From NCBI GenBank assembly GCA_030704615.1, contig CM060732.1, forward strand, positions 15,748,001 to 15,812,000: 64,000 nucleotides of DNA. The letters run 5' to 3'. Of this stretch, positions 25,296 through 39,200 are shown one piece after another. A program made the translations under genes and the position numbers. The notes below the pieces were generated by a model. That model was not told where the DNA came from and ran no database searches. It saw only the letters and a program-made list of their open reading frames with translations. Source of the DNA: Takakia lepidozioides (lineage: Eukaryota; Plantae; Bryophyta). Within the stretch, counting starts at the first letter, position 1, and the number at the start of each line of letters is the position of its first letter.

Positions 25296-25537
25296 CCTGG
25301 CCGCACGTGCGGTGGGGAGAGCCCTATGGTGGGAGCGGGTGTGCCATGCAGGACCAAGTACCAGGCAGTCTGCTTTGTTTGGAGGTCTTGGAGGTCTCGG
25401 AGGACAGTAGGTGTGATCATTCGCTTGCCATTGTGCCGCATCCCACGCTTGCACCAATGACTCCACACTTGTCAAATCGCGCAAGGGAACACCAATGGAC
25501 TGGCTGCCATAGTCCGTCTCCCATGTACCAAGAATCA

Positions 25538-28500
25538 TCAAGATGGTCTTGAGTCTCGTCCCCATCTTCTTCCAAAGTGCCCTCCAAAATTTACTTTTAA
25601 ACTTTGGATCTCGGTCCAAGATAATATCTTTCGGGAGTCCATGATGCTTGAAGACGTGGGCGAAGTAAAGTCGCCTCGTCTCCTGCACCGTGGCACTTTC
25701 CCAAGACCCCTCTGGAATCGGCAAGGGTTGTAACAGCCCCGCTTGCTTTTTTTACTCGCTTCGGTTTTGTTGGCATGTGGTGCATGTCTTGACATACTCC
25801 TCGGCCTCCTCCCTTAGTTTGGGCCAGAAATACTCTTTTTTCAAGAGTGTCGCGGTGCACTTGGCTCCGCCGTGGCCCGCAAGCGGGCCATCGTGGCATT
25901 CTCTCAAGAGACTATCTCTGATCCCTCCCTTCGGCACGTAGAGACGCTTTTGCTTGTACCGAAGCAGTCCATTGTGCAAGTGGAATAGCGATTTAACCCC
26001 CAACCTCAAGTCCTGCATCACGGCCTTCGTCATCTCATCCTTTCGATAAGCCTTCCGGATCTTCCTTTGGAGCGCCGTCTCGCCCCTGTACACCAACATG
26101 AGCTGTTGTTTTCTACTTAAAGCATCGACCATCACATTGTCCAGTCCCGGTTTATACTGGATATCCACGTCGAACACTGCCAAAGTGTCTTGCCACCTAA
26201 GTTGTTCTGGGGACAACTTAGGCTGCGTGGCAAAATATTTCATCGTGACATTGTCCGTGAACACCTTCACCGGGTTGGAACCAACATAGTGGCGCCAAAG
26301 CTCAAGGCAATGCACCACCGCCTTCATTTCTTTCTCGTGCGTAGGCCACCGTCGCTCCACTTCATTCAGTTTCTTACTTTCGTAAGCCATCGGACGTCCA
26401 TCTTGCATGAGCACACCCCCAATTGCGAAGTCCGACGCATCTGTATGAATCTCAAATGGACGGTCGAACTCCGGGATTTTCAGGACTGGAGCTTCCGCCA
26501 TCCGCTGCTTCAACTCGGCAAAAGCTTGGCCACAAAAGGTGTTCCATACCCATACCTTGGACTTACACAGAAGGTCTGACAGTGGCCCCGCGACTCTTGG
26601 ATAAATTTCTCACATACTTTCGGTAATAGGAGGCGAGTCCTAAGAATGATCACACTCCCGGGACCGAAGTCGAAGGCTCCCAGTCCAAGATCGCCCTCAC
26701 CTTTCTGTCATCTATTTTGATCCCATCCTGTGTAATCACATGCCCTAGGAACTCCACTTTTGTGACCCCGAATTCGCATTTTGAAGCTTTGGCATACAGC
26801 TTCCCTTCCTGCAATTTCTGGAACACCCTTTTGAGGTGCTCCAGGTGCTCTTCCTTTGTTTTCGAGTACACCAAGATGTCGTCGATGTACACGATCAAAA
26901 AGTCATCCAACCACTCCTGGAAAAGGTTGTTCATGAGCGTGCTAAAGGTCGCGGATGCGTTGGTGAGCCCAAAAGGCATCACCAAGAATTCATATGAACC
27001 ATATCTTGTCCTGCACACGGTTTTCTCCTCATCTCCTTCTGCCACTCGGATTTGATGGTAACCCGAGCGCAAATCGATCCGGCTAAAATACTTTGCTCCT
27101 GCCAACCGATCGAAGAGGTCGTCGATCCTTGGCAAAGGGTACCGGTTTTTTATAATCACCTTATTCAGAGCCCTGTAATCGACACACATCCGCAACGTCC
27201 CATCCTTCTTGTCTGCGAATAGCACTGGGGCTCCGTAAGGTGACTTACTCGGCCGGATGTACCCCTTTGATATTAGATCCTTGAGTTGGGCCTTTAGCTT
27301 GACCAACTCTCTGTGGCTGAACCGGTAGGGCGCCTTGGCAGGCGGCTCCGATCCCAGTATCACCTCTATCTTGTGGTCAACTCCTCTTCACGGTGGCAAG
27401 CCGCTTGGTAAATCCTCCAGCATCACATCTTGGTATTTCTCCAAGATCCCCTTGATCCAATCTGGGCTCGGCTCCCTATCGACTTCTCTTTCCACTTGTC
27501 TTACGTAAAGCAAAAACTGGGGCTCGTGTGGCTCCTCCACGGCCCACTCCTTTGCTGACAGCAGGTTTATTCGCCCTCCTACTTGGTTGGGCGTTTCCGA
27601 TACCCGTAATACTTTGCCACCATTCCCACACGGTAGCGTGACTATTCTCTTTCATGACCGCTCCGGATTTGCTCAAAAAGGTCGTCCCAAAAATGAGATC
27701 CACTCCATTGATCTTGCAAATGGTGAAGTTCTCACGTCCCTCCCAACTCCCGAGCTGAAGAAGAACATTGAATGCCAACCTCGTCGCCAATTGTGGTTCT
27801 CATTTGGCAAAACGCACCGCAATAGAGGCCCTCACATCACTTGTCGGGAGCCCCAGCTTCCGTGCCGTTGTCGGTGTCATGAAGGAGTGCGACGCTCTTG
27901 TGTCCACCAACAACAACACATTAGTTCTGGAAATTATCCCACTCACGATCCTTTACGCAAGGCACCAGTCTAGTCCTGATGCAACTCACAAGAGTAGTTG
28001 CCTACCTTGCAAGTCTTGGCGACCACCGCTTCCACCGAGCGGCTGATGGAATCTTCGGACAGCTCTGTGGTCGCCCGAGACATGTTCAATTGTCGGGGTT
28101 TCGCGCACTTCTTGGCCATGTGCCCGGGCTCCCCGCAATTAAAGCACCCTCCATCGAAGGTCACTTTCTGTCCGCCATAAGCCGCCGCACCTGATTTTCC
28201 TTTCGGGGCACCGAGTGCCGCTTTGACGTGTGAAGGCCCTCCCTTCGATTTCCATGTGCCATTGCCGCCGCGTGGCCTATCCCACTTCTTTTCCGGTCGG
28301 AAGGGGTCACCCTCCCCCGGATCTTCTTGTGGTTCAGCTCCGTACGGCCTTATTTTTCGCCCCTAGAGACATCCGAGAAACATTCAGCCCTTTCAATTGC
28401 CTCGTTCAAAGTCTTAGGTGGCTTCTCCTCCAACTTCCGCCTGGCCCATGGGGCCAATCCCGCCACAAAGTTGAGGACCATTTCTGGTTCTGCCATATTT

Positions 28501-29168
28501 GCGACTTCGAGCAACAGCACATTGAAAGCCTGAATATATCCCCGAATGTCATCCGTTTGCTTCAAATTCCTCATCTTGTCCCGGGTGAGCCAGGACGCGT
28601 TGAGGGGAACAAACTGTCTTTTCATAAGTTCCTTGAACCCACTCTAGTTCAAGGTTTCTGGGTTTTGACCTTGGTCATGAAGACGTTTCTGCCACCATTG
28701 TTGAGCATAGCCCCTCAAATAGGTGGGAGCCACTTCCACCCGATCCTCGTCACTCAACTTGGCCGCCCGGAAGTACTGCTCTAGCTCCAAGAGCCAGGTG
28801 TTGAGTGCCTTCCGATTTCGGACGCCCTCGAAGGTGCCGGGTTCCTTAGGCTTCACCTTAAACTTTGCCTTAATGGAAGTGGCATTAGCCGCTTTCAACA
28901 CATCTTTCAACGTCCCGCCAAACTGCGCCAACAACCCTTCCCAAAAAGGCTGCTGGCATGGGAGACATCTGTGGGTCTGGCGGAACCTCTGGGAAGTCCT
29001 CGGGCTCCGACTCCCAAAATTCCTCCCGTTCTTGAGCGGCCTCACTTTCAGAAGCATGAATCACCTCTTCCAATTGCCGCTTCGGTGACACGTCACCCCC
29101 ACCGGGCTCACCAGGTCCATCATCTTTCGGGCCGTTCCGCTTTCGCTTTGTCTTGCCCGACCCCATGA
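25538..29168 (-). pseudogene. gag-pol of the gypsy element, with stops and frameshifts
   Basis: ORF pieces 28644-29057, 28350-28625, 27970-28164, 26650-27363 (RT) and 25752-26513 (RNase H, INT zinc finger). Confidence 0.92.
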
Positions 29169-29221
29169 TGAGGCTATTCTCAAGGACGATCGCGTACTGA
29201 ACTCTAAGCTCTGATACCAAG

Positions 29222-29949
29222 TGTCGCGCACCTCACTTCGGTAAGCTCCCCTTCAAGTTATAGTTACTCACTTTGATGTGTGCGCCTAACTCCCAAACTG
29301 GCCGCCGGGCCAACTCGGAGCTTTGGCTACTCACCGGGACATAACGGTCCCCCTTTGCTCCTCCAAAAGACCCTCCACCACTTTGGGCCTAGTGAAAATT
29401 CCCTTTGGTAGATGACAGTCCGGAATAGCTCCCCACACCTTGGTCGCTTTCCGGCTCGCACGCTTACTCACTAGTTTTTGGTCACCAACGGGCTTGCACT
29501 GTTCTCGGGGTTACTACGAGTCCCTATATATACTTCTGTGACTGTCCGTGAGGGTTTCACAAACTACCTAGCCATTTTGTGGCGAACCACCACGAAGACA
29601 CTCGATTCCCGGTGATGAGTCGCGGTGAGTCTTGGCCCACCCACCACGGCCCCATTGGACCGTGATGAGTCCCAAGACTCCCCACGACTCCCACCATAAG
29701 GTCTCTGCCCCATGGTGAGTCCTATGTCACCCCCACTAAGACCCACTAAGCTACCACCACCCCTCGTGGACCCACCCCCACTGCAACCCGGTGTGCGGGG
29801 CTCCACCTAGTGAGCGCCTCCGCCTCCTTGAGTTCCTTGGGCACTCAAGGGTGCTTCAGCCCCTGTACCTATTGTTGCCACTGCCCCCACCACAGGAACA
29901 GCCCCTCTTGTGTACCGACCCCCTGCCCGTAAGGCAAAAGGCCGCGACA
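29222..29949 (-). repeat. LTR (728 bp)
   Basis: Perfect 7-bp inverted termini TGTCGCG...CGCGACA, adjacent to the PBS. Confidence 0.92.
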
Positions 29950-30036
29950 TTGAATGCTTCATATGTGCACAACTATAAAGGCGGAATGGTGGGCTTGGCA
30001 GCCACTACACATAGCAGGTCCCAAAAAGAGCAGGCC

Positions 30037-31405
30037 ATGGATGCCCACGACGATGCAGGGCGTTCTCTTGTCGCATATGTTGACAGACTTCTCAATTTGC
30101 GCCAAGCAACAATCACGAGCATTGCCAATGGTTTGGGCTTGAGCAAAGGTGCATTGAGGCGGGCATTGGTGGCCCATGGATGGCAAAGGGTGTATGCGAG
30201 GCCAGAGGATGAAGATCTACAAGCATCGATTGCAAGTGTTATCCCACTTGAGAGGGGAGGATGCAATTTTGGCATTCGTGTTGTTCAAACCCTATTGCGG
30301 AGGACGGTCGAAGACATGTGAGAGACGTGTTGCTAACAATGCAATCGGAACACATGATACGTCGGCAGGTCGGAAGACTGTTCAAAGGCCAATACACAAT
30401 TTCACAGCCGATGCGTATGTGGCATATAAGCACCACATGCTAGAAGTCTTTGTATTTACGTATATATGATTTAAGTGTTGTTTTGTTAGTGCAGGCATGT
30501 GAAGTCATTGTTCTTGTGGCATTGCATCGCTTGAAGTTGAAAGCTCACATCCTAAACCTGTGCATTCGGGATGAGGATAACCTTTGGCTGGCCAGCATAC
30601 GAGAAACTGAAGAGGTGGGGTTTCCGATTGCATGGTGGAATCGATGGAGCGACTCATTTCATTGTTTGGCTCCGAGTAGCCTTGGACAAGAAGCAAGAAA
30701 CTCTGTTTGCAGGATATGAGAATGCTATCGGCAAATATGGACACCCTATACAAATACGGTCAGACCATGCTCCAGAGCATGCATTGATTCATGCAGATAT
30801 AGAGAATGCACGGACAGAGGTGGCTCGATCGTTTTTGACCGGGTCATCTTGCCACAACCAGCGCATAGAGCATTTTTGGAGACAGATTTGGACACATCTG
30901 GCATGGTTTTTTAAACACATATTCGAAGGGATGGAGACAGCAGGAATTCTTGACATGGACAACATGTTGCATAAAAGCTCACTTATACTTGTTTTTTGCC
31001 AGTAATCGAAGAGGATGCAGAGCGTGCTGTGACATGGTGGAACCATCATAGGGTGAGGAAAATAACGCAAAACGGACGCAATTTACCTGCACATGTATCA
31101 GTTGTGGTATTTCAGACTAAAGAACGCGAAGCAGGATAAAAATCTACGCGGACCATTATTTGTGTTGTGTTACTATATTCCTGTAGTTATTCAAATAGGC
31201 CTGAAGTCGGATCCGTATGCCTTGCAGGGTGGTGAGACCACCTGTGTACGATGTTCACGAGAATGTTGGTTCATTCCCTAACCAACCTCTCGTGCCACCT
31301 CTTACACATGGAGAACTTCCCGAAGGGGACGTACAAGCTGAGGAATACAACACAGAAGCAGATGACGATGAGGGCATTCAAGACCCGTTGTATCTTCTTA
31401 CACAG
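30037..31405 (+). pseudogene. IS3EU-type (integrase-core DDE) transposase, degenerate
   Basis: N-terminal HTH-like TITSIANGLGLSKGALRR...DEDL...FGIRVVQTLL; core EKLKRWGFRLHGGIDGATHFI...YGHPIQIRSDHAPE...SFLTGSSCHNQRIEHFWRQ...F..ME..GILD...WWNHHRVR. Confidence 0.8.
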
Positions 31406-31544
31406 GTACATAATTGTCTCTAAACATTGTTGTAACATGATGTTATTATACTATAATCATGTGTTGGTATCATGTTGTAGTATAAACAGTCTTTGGTATA
31501 TACATTCAACAGCATAACATGCTATTAAGAGACCGTGTGCATGT

Positions 31545-32516
31545 TGTTAGAGGGCTGCTTGGGACTTAGACGCTTTTATGGGTTCTGTGGGGTACCCTTA
31601 ATTTTTGCGCAGACTGAAACCAACAGGAGTCTTAGGGGTGGCAGGAGCAGGCTTTAGGGAGCTTCGCACGGCCAGTCACAGTCCGGCACAGCTTTACACA
31701 GCCCGCCACAGCTTCGCACAGCCAGTCACAGCCCGACACAGCTTCACACAGCCAATCACAGCTCGGCACAGCTTTACACAGCCCGACACAGCTTCACACA
31801 GCTAGTCACAGCCCGACATAGCTTCACACAGCCCGACACAGCTTTACACAGCCAGTCACAGCTCGGCACAACTTTACACAGCCTGTCACAGTACATGGGG
31901 AACAGTTATCATTGACAGGGAATGACTGCGAGGGAACGACATCTGCAGAGGGAACGTGTTACTTCAGGGGTGACGGTTAGTTAGTTAGGTGGTTAGAACA
32001 GCTTGCGAGTAGATAAGGAGAGTGACAACGGGAAGGGGATCACTCTGGAGGAGGGCGACTTGTTCAGGAGAGGAAGAAACGTAACGGGGAGCAGGAAACA
32101 GTGTAGAGGAGATGATGACTTGAATGAGGCTTAGTTCATGCAAGCTGTAGAATTATACTATAGGGCAGATTAGAGTCACCATGGCATTGATCTGATACCT
32201 GATAAATCATAATCTAATACTTATTCGATACAATCACACTGTGTAGATAGACATGAGTGAAGCTGTGGAATGAATGCACGATTAACTGGAACTTAGTAGA
32301 TACTGAAGCAATTTGATGCTTCAGTATACACGTTAAGGTAAATTGATAACATGAAGGCAAGAAGAAATACAAATAGGAAGCACAACCATGATTCACTAGC
32401 TGCAGGTCATGACTGATTGTTCTGAGCGGGCTGAGTGCTTAGAGATATCCAACTCTTCTATCTTGGAGTTTCCACCTCGGATAGCGAAGGGATGGGTGAG
32501 TAAAAGCCGCGCAACA
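31545..32516 (+). repeat. 5' LTR (972 bp)
   Basis: TG...CA termini, followed by PBS; homologous to 124-1143. Confidence 0.92.
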
Positions 32517-33104
32517 TTTGGCGACCATACTGGGGAACTCAGTCATGAACAACCAGATGTGACAGGCATCTGGTGGGATCATGGTGGTTGGAGAACTAAA
32601 GAATTTGATGTGAATCAAATTCCCTATGAAACTGAGAATGAAAGATTGTCCAAACAATTCTTTCAGAGGTTCTTGGAATTGCCAGACGGTTGTAAAGAAA
32701 ACATTCTTAAGAGAGTGCATGATGTTGACCCTGAGTGGGGTCTGGAGAAAAGAGTGATAAAGATTTATCAGGTGGCATGTAGAGGAAGAGCACATTGGTT
32801 ACCAACACTGGTTTATGTGATAGCATTGCTATCCATTAAGCGAGTAGAGTTTGAAGGCTGGGAGGAAAGGAGGGTGAATGTTTATACTCATATGCATGAG
32901 GAGCTTGTACTAGTAAAGAATTGGATTCCAAAGGATATTTTGTGGATCAAACTCACACCAAGAACAGTTTTCCAGACTTGTTTGCCATATGGTTATATGG
33001 TAACGGAGACTTCTAGTATAGCCAAGGGTGCACTGAAGCTTGAAAGAAACCCAGGCATATACGAGAGATACTACAGAAGAGAGTTTTGGTTATTGCCACA
33101 TTAA
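32409..33104 (+). CDS. Extra ORF upstream of gag, unknown function
   Basis: 231-aa open frame that begins inside the LTR and crosses the PBS. True start uncertain. Confidence 0.45.
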   Translation: MTDCSERAECLEISNSSILEFPPRIAKGWVSKSRATFGDHTGELSHEQPDVTGIWWDHGGWRTKEFDVNQIPYETENERLSKQFFQRFLELPDGCKENILKRVHDVDPEWGLEKRVIKIYQVACRGRAHWLPTLVYVIALLSIKRVEFEGWEERRVNVYTHMHEELVLVKNWIPKDILWIKLTPRTVFQTCLPYGYMVTETSSIAKGALKLERNPGIYERYYRREFWLLPH

Positions 33105-33277
33105 AGAAATGAAAGACATGGGACATGAGTGATGAAAGAGAAGCTAGACTCCAGAGATATTCAGCAAAAAGATAAAGTTATCTGAAAGCTAATTATCCAT
33201 AACTTTGGGAGAGAGGAATAGACATAGGGGAATCATCTGGACCTCTCACACCATTAAGATCAGAGAGTACATCACCC

Positions 33278-36200
33278 ATACCGGAAGAACTAGAGTTGGA
33301 TGTCACTCCTTCTTTTTCTTTGCAAGAAAGATTAAGAGAATTGGTACAGGAAGAAGATCAACCCCGAGGTGAAAGATCTGAGGTACGTCCCTGGATAAAA
33401 GATTTGACATAAATCTTTGATAAGAGTTGGCATGGAACACCAAAAGCAGGAACTCCAGTTTCTGAGATGGAAGACGAAGAAGGAGGAGAGGATGTGGCAG
33501 AGTCAACGGAGAGTTCAGACTCTCCAACACCATTGCAGTTGAGTTACATGAGGGCAGAACTTGGAGGATGAAAACAGAGAGAAGAAATTGGAAGAGGAAG
33601 AGTATGAAGAAGTAGACCCAACAGCTGAGGTTGAGACTACAACCAGGACATCCCAACCCGTTGGACCTGGATCAGGTGGAGCACTTGGACCACAGGCCAA
33701 CAAAGTTGTCGGCTCAGGGGGATTAGGCGGACAACCTGGATCTGGCTCTGGGGGGACAGGGAGTGTGGGAAGTAGTGCAACTGGAGTTGGGAATACTGTG
33801 AATATAGTGGGGCCAGTAGCAGGGAGTGCTCAGGGGCCACCACTTGGTGGAAGTTCCACCACAACTACAACAGGTCCTCAAGGACCAGCACCAACAAGGG
33901 GGCCAGCACCTGTAAGTGGGCAGGGGGTAGGGCCATAGATGGCGTTACAACCAACACGGGCAAAACCACCTTTTCCAATATATTCAGGAAAAGGGGATCC
34001 TGATGTACACATTAGCCAATTTGAGCACATGTGTATTGTGAACAATGAGAATGGCGATGATGCCAAGATGAGACTGTTTCCTTGCTCACTTATAAAGAAA
34101 GCAAATGAATGGTATGCAAGATTCCCTGATAATCATTTCCTAACCTGGAATGGCTTGAATACAACATTCCGAAATAGGTTCAGGACAAGTAAAACTGAGG
34201 ATGAAGTGTATGGAAGTTTACAACAGTTAAAGCAAAAGAAGCATGAAACTGTTGAGGAGTATATAGAAAAGATGGAATTGATGATGTAAAAGCTGGCTGC
34301 TGTACCAGCACCAGGTTTACAGAAGACTTGGTTTGTGAGTGGACTAAGACCAGAGTTGCAAAAGAAAGTGGATATGTTACCCCATAATACAGTGGAGGAG
34401 GCATTTGAAACAGCGAACAGAATTGAGCAATTGGGAATGCTCAGGAGAGAGAAAAGGGATGATGAGGACTCTGAGGATGAGTCAGATGAGGAAGAAGAGC
34501 AAGAGTTGAAAATGAGGAGTAAGAGGAAGGAAAAGCTGAAGAGGGATAACTATGAGAAAAGATTAGAAGAAATCTTAAAGAAGTATGCCACAGAGGCTGC
34601 AACACATTGGAGGAAGGGTGTTTGGTGTGCAAAGTGTCAGAATGAAGGCCATACCACCACTGAATGCCACATGAAGGAGAAACACTGTACTATTTGTAAA
34701 ATGGATACCCATTCTACTGAGAATTGTTACTACAACAGAAGGACGGCAGCTAGAGAACCTAGGCAAGTAAGGGTGCATCAAGTGCAGCCCCAGCCAAGAA
34801 GAAACAATGATCAGGACCACTATGGTAGGCCTGGTGGTTATAACAATGGCATGGAAGGGAGAGGTAATCCAAGAGGGAATTACCAAGGAAATTCCAGAGG
34901 GAACTATCAGGGTAATCCAAGGGGGAATTACCAGCCAGGGAATCAGGATTACAGAAACAATCCCAGAATAGACCAAGGGCGAGGACCTAATGGGGAAGAA
35001 ATGTGTTACTATTGTAATCAGGTAGGACATCGCAAGGCAGCCTGTCCATTCTGGATCAGACACCAGAATGAGATGAGAGCTCCTGTGAATGAGGGGCTAG
35101 TGGTGGCAGCTCACATGGTGAGGCCATGTGTTGTACCAGAAGTAAGTACAATGATAGTAACCAGAAGCAAAGCCAAAATAATACCTCCAGTAGATGAGGA
35201 AGGTGATGATAATGAAGATGGCAGTGAGGTGCCTGAAGATGATGAGGCTTGGAGAGATGAGAAGGAACTGCACAAGGAAGTGGCAGATACCATAAGAGAA
35301 ATGCAGAAGAGTACTGATATTCTTATGGCAGATTCCTCTGATTCTGAAAGAGAAGAGGAAGTGAGTGAGGATGAAGGGAAGAAAGAAGCTGCGGAAATGC
35401 AGAGTAATGAAGGGACTTTGGCTAAAGTAATATGCCAGACCAAAGCGGAGATTATCATTGGACAGCTATTGGCTGTGGCACCTTATTATAGACACAGGTT
35501 GTATCAAGCAATCAATCGAATTGCCCATGTGACAGGGAACACAGACCTGAACAACAAGGTGACTAGTTATAATGTGAAGCCAGAAGGGCGAGAAACAGTC
35601 ATGGACTTTGATGATTCTATGCCAGTAATCCAATTGAGAATTGGAAGCACAGAACTAACTGATGTACTGATAGATGGAGGCTCTGGAGTGAATATCATGA
35701 CAGACCAATTAAGGCAGAAGCTTGGTCTAAGTAACATGAAACTAGCCCCATTTACAGTAACAATGGCAGATCAAAGAAGTGTACAACCATTGGGATTGAT
35801 AAGAGGAGTTAAGATACAGATTCAAAAGATGATCTTTATGATCACAGTAACTGTGTTGAAAATGGATGAAGTCATGGAAGCTTACTCCTTATTGTTGGGA
35901 CGACCGTGGCTGAAACAGGCCAGGGTATTCCATGACTGGAATTCCCAGTTATTAACTGTGCATGATGGGATGCACAAGATACAAATCACCACTAAGAAAT
36001 CTAGTAGATTACCTGCTAAGAGAAGACCTCGAGGGGTCAGGGAGTATGACTGGAGGGGAGGACTTGATGAGGAGCAGGAAGCTACCCTGTTCGCTGCACA
36101 CCCAGATTAGGAGCAGGTTGCAGAGATGCAGCTGGAAGGCCTAAGTTGTTTAAGAGGTATCTGCTGTGGTGTAGTGACATCAACACCAAATGAGGGTGAA

Positions 36201-39200
36201 ACAAGCAGTTACCCACCACATTTCTATGAAGAAAGAGAGGGAGAAATGGAAATCCTAGAGGAACCAACCACTGTGAGTTTACAGGATGAAGTGGTGACTG
36301 GTTGGACAATCACAGCTGATGAGCAGGTGAGAGAAGTGAATGTGGGAACTGAAGAGGAACCAAGGATGGTGAAGGTAGGGGCTGATTTGGAGCCAGAATT
36401 GAGGAAGCTAAAAGTCTGTTCATCAAATACAGAGATGTATTTGCTTGGAGCTATGAGGATCTGAAAGGGATACCACCTGAGATCTGTCGGCATAAGATTG
36501 AACTGGAACCAGGGTCAGTACCAATCAAACAGGCAAGGTACAGAATGAATCCCAACTATGCACAGAAGGTTGGAGAAGAGATCAGGAAGTTGGCTGAGGC
36601 TAAGTTTATATACCCGATAGAGCATACAACTTGGTTGTCACCCATTGTGATAGTTCCAAAGAAGAATGGTAAACTGAGAGTTTGTGTGAACTATAAGAAG
36701 TTGAATGCTTGTACGAAGAAAGATCTTTTCCCTTTGCCATTCACAGAAGCGGTATGGACACTGTGGCAGGCCATGAGATGTACTCATTCATGGATGGCTT
36801 CAGTGGTTATAATCAAGTGCAAGTGGCAGAAGAAGACCAGGGAAAGACAACTTTCATCACAGACTGGGGTGCTTATGCATACAAAGTCATGCATTTTGGA
36901 CTTTGTAATGCACCGGCAACCTTTTAGAGAGCGATAAGTGAATCTTTTCATGAGTATCTGGATGATTTCATGCAGGTGTTCTTGGACGATTTCAGTGTGT
37001 ACAGCTCTAAGAATGAGCACTTGCATAAATTGGAGTTATGTTTGGCCAGATGCAGGATGAGAGGTCTGTGCCTGAATCCAGAGAAGTGTACTTTCTGTGT
37101 GAACTCAGGGGTGCTTTTGGGACACATTGTAGTCTAAGGAGATTCCTTGGACAAACCAGTTATTACAGAAGATTTGTCAGACGGTATGCACAGATAGCAG
37201 CACCATTGAGCAAGCTTCTGAAGAAGGATGCAGTGTTTGCATAGACAGCTGAATGTCAACAGGCTTTTGAGGAACTTATATTGTCAGTAACAACTACACC
37301 TGTGCTGATTAACCCTCACTGGCATGTAATATTTCATGTTCACTGTGATGCCTCAGGAGAAGCGATGGGAGCAGTGTTAGCCCAAAATGTTACAGGAAAT
37401 ATAGATTCACCTGTGTACTATGCTAGCAGGTTGATGAACAGTGTTGAAAGGAACTATAGCACAACTGAAAGAGAAGCACTGGCAATGACTTATGCAGTCA
37501 AGAAATTCAAGCATTACCTATTGGGAAGAAAGTTTATGTTTTATGGATCACCAGGCTCTGATATATCTGGTAAACAAACATTTGATAAGTGGAAGGATAG
37601 CAAGGTGGTTAATAATCTTGCACGAGTTTGAGTTCGAAGTTGTTTACAAGCCTGGCCATTTGCATCTTGTGGCAGATCACTTGTCACGCCTATCAACAGA
37701 AGAGCCCGCCATTGGAGTAGACGACCAATTACTTGATTCGAGTTTATTTGTAGTAGAGGTGCAGGGAAGTGCAGATGACTGGTTAGATTGGCAGTGGCCA
37801 ATCAGATACTACCTTACTCATGGTCAGTGCCCACCTAATTATGAAAAGGAGCAGAGGAAGAGAATCGCTATCAATGCTTTACCTTATATTATGGTAGGGG
37901 GAAAAATGTATAAGCTAGGACCTGATGGAGTACTTAAACGATGCTTGTACCACTATGAAGTAAATAAAGTTTTGGAGGAAGTTCATAAAGGAGTGGCTGG
38001 AGGTCATTTTGGAGAATAGACTACCAGTAGAAAGATACTACTTGCAGGTTACTGGTGGCCTACTTTGTTCAAGGATGTACACAAGTATTGTCAGAGTTGT
38101 GATGAGTGTCAGAGGCTAGGACCTTTGCAGAGATCTGGGAAGATGGCTTTGCATCCTACGATGCCTACTGAACCATTTCAGAAATGGGGACTAGACTTTG
38201 TTGGACCAATTAACCCACCAGCCAAGAATACACAGAACAAGTATATAATCACAGCCACTGATTATACTACAAAGTGGGTGGAAGCTAAAGCTCTGAGGGA
38301 CAACACAGCTAAGTCCACAGCAAGGTTCCTGTATGAGAACATACTTACACGATTTGGTTGTCCCCTGGAATTTATCAGTGACCAGGGAAGTCACTTCATT
38401 AATGAGACCATTTAACTATTGACTAAAGAGTTCATGATTGTGCATAGGAAGAGTACAACATATTACCCATAGGGTAATGGGCAGGCAGAGGCTACTAACA
38501 AAATACTATGTATTATCTTGGCTAAGATAGTCAATGCAAATAGAACAGATTGGGATACAAAGCTGCTGACAGCTTTGTGGTCATACATGACTGCATATAA
38601 AGTCACCACTAAGTATACACCATTCCAATTAGTTTATGGTATGGAAGCTTTACTTCCAATGGAATTCTTGTTACCTACCATGACAACTGAATGGGGAAGG
38701 AGAATGGAATTGGAAGATTCAATTAAGGTCAGGAAACATGAATTATACCATGTGGAAGAAGTACGTGCTGATGCAGCTGATAACATGACCAGAATTCAGA
38801 TGAAGAGGAAGGATCAGTTTGATGAAGGTAAATTAAAGACTTTGAAGACGAGAGATTTGGTACTGTGGTTGCAGAAGAAGGGGAAGATTAAAGCTTCTAA
38901 GCTTAAATCACCATGGAAAGGACCTTATGTCATACAAAAGATGTATGATAATGACACCGCCATGCTACAAACCATTAACAAAGAAATGTTGGGAAGAGTC
39001 AATGCCTATAAGTTGAAGGGGTACAGTGGTATCCATGACAAACCATTGCAGCACGATTTGCATGTTGAAACGCAAAAACAGTCACGGGTTACACCAGTGA
39101 TATCAACGGAGTACGGAGCACTTATCGCTAAGCCGAACGTGTATGACCAGGGCGGGAAGTACAGGTGTTTGCAAAGATATCACAGCCCAACACAGCGTGA

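Larger units (their letters stand above)
25538..29949 (-). mobile_element. Ty3/gypsy LTR retrotransposon (chromovirus-like, tRNA-Met PBS), 3'-truncated
   Basis: 5' LTR 29222-29949; PBS TGGTATCAGAGC (29208-29219). gag with CFNCGEPGHMAKKC, protease VDTRASHSF, RT YIDD, RNase H TDASDFAIGGVL, integrase HHCC finger. Integrase core is mostly deleted and there is no 3' LTR. Confidence 0.93.

Noticed and set aside
25212-25724. 170-aa ORF as a real gene
   Set aside because: Chimera of deleted integrase pieces and unrelated flanking sequence.
124-32516. LTRs at 124 and 31545 as the two ends of one element
   Set aside because: The first follows a PPT (3' LTR) and the second precedes a PBS (5' LTR). The order is wrong and they are visibly diverged.
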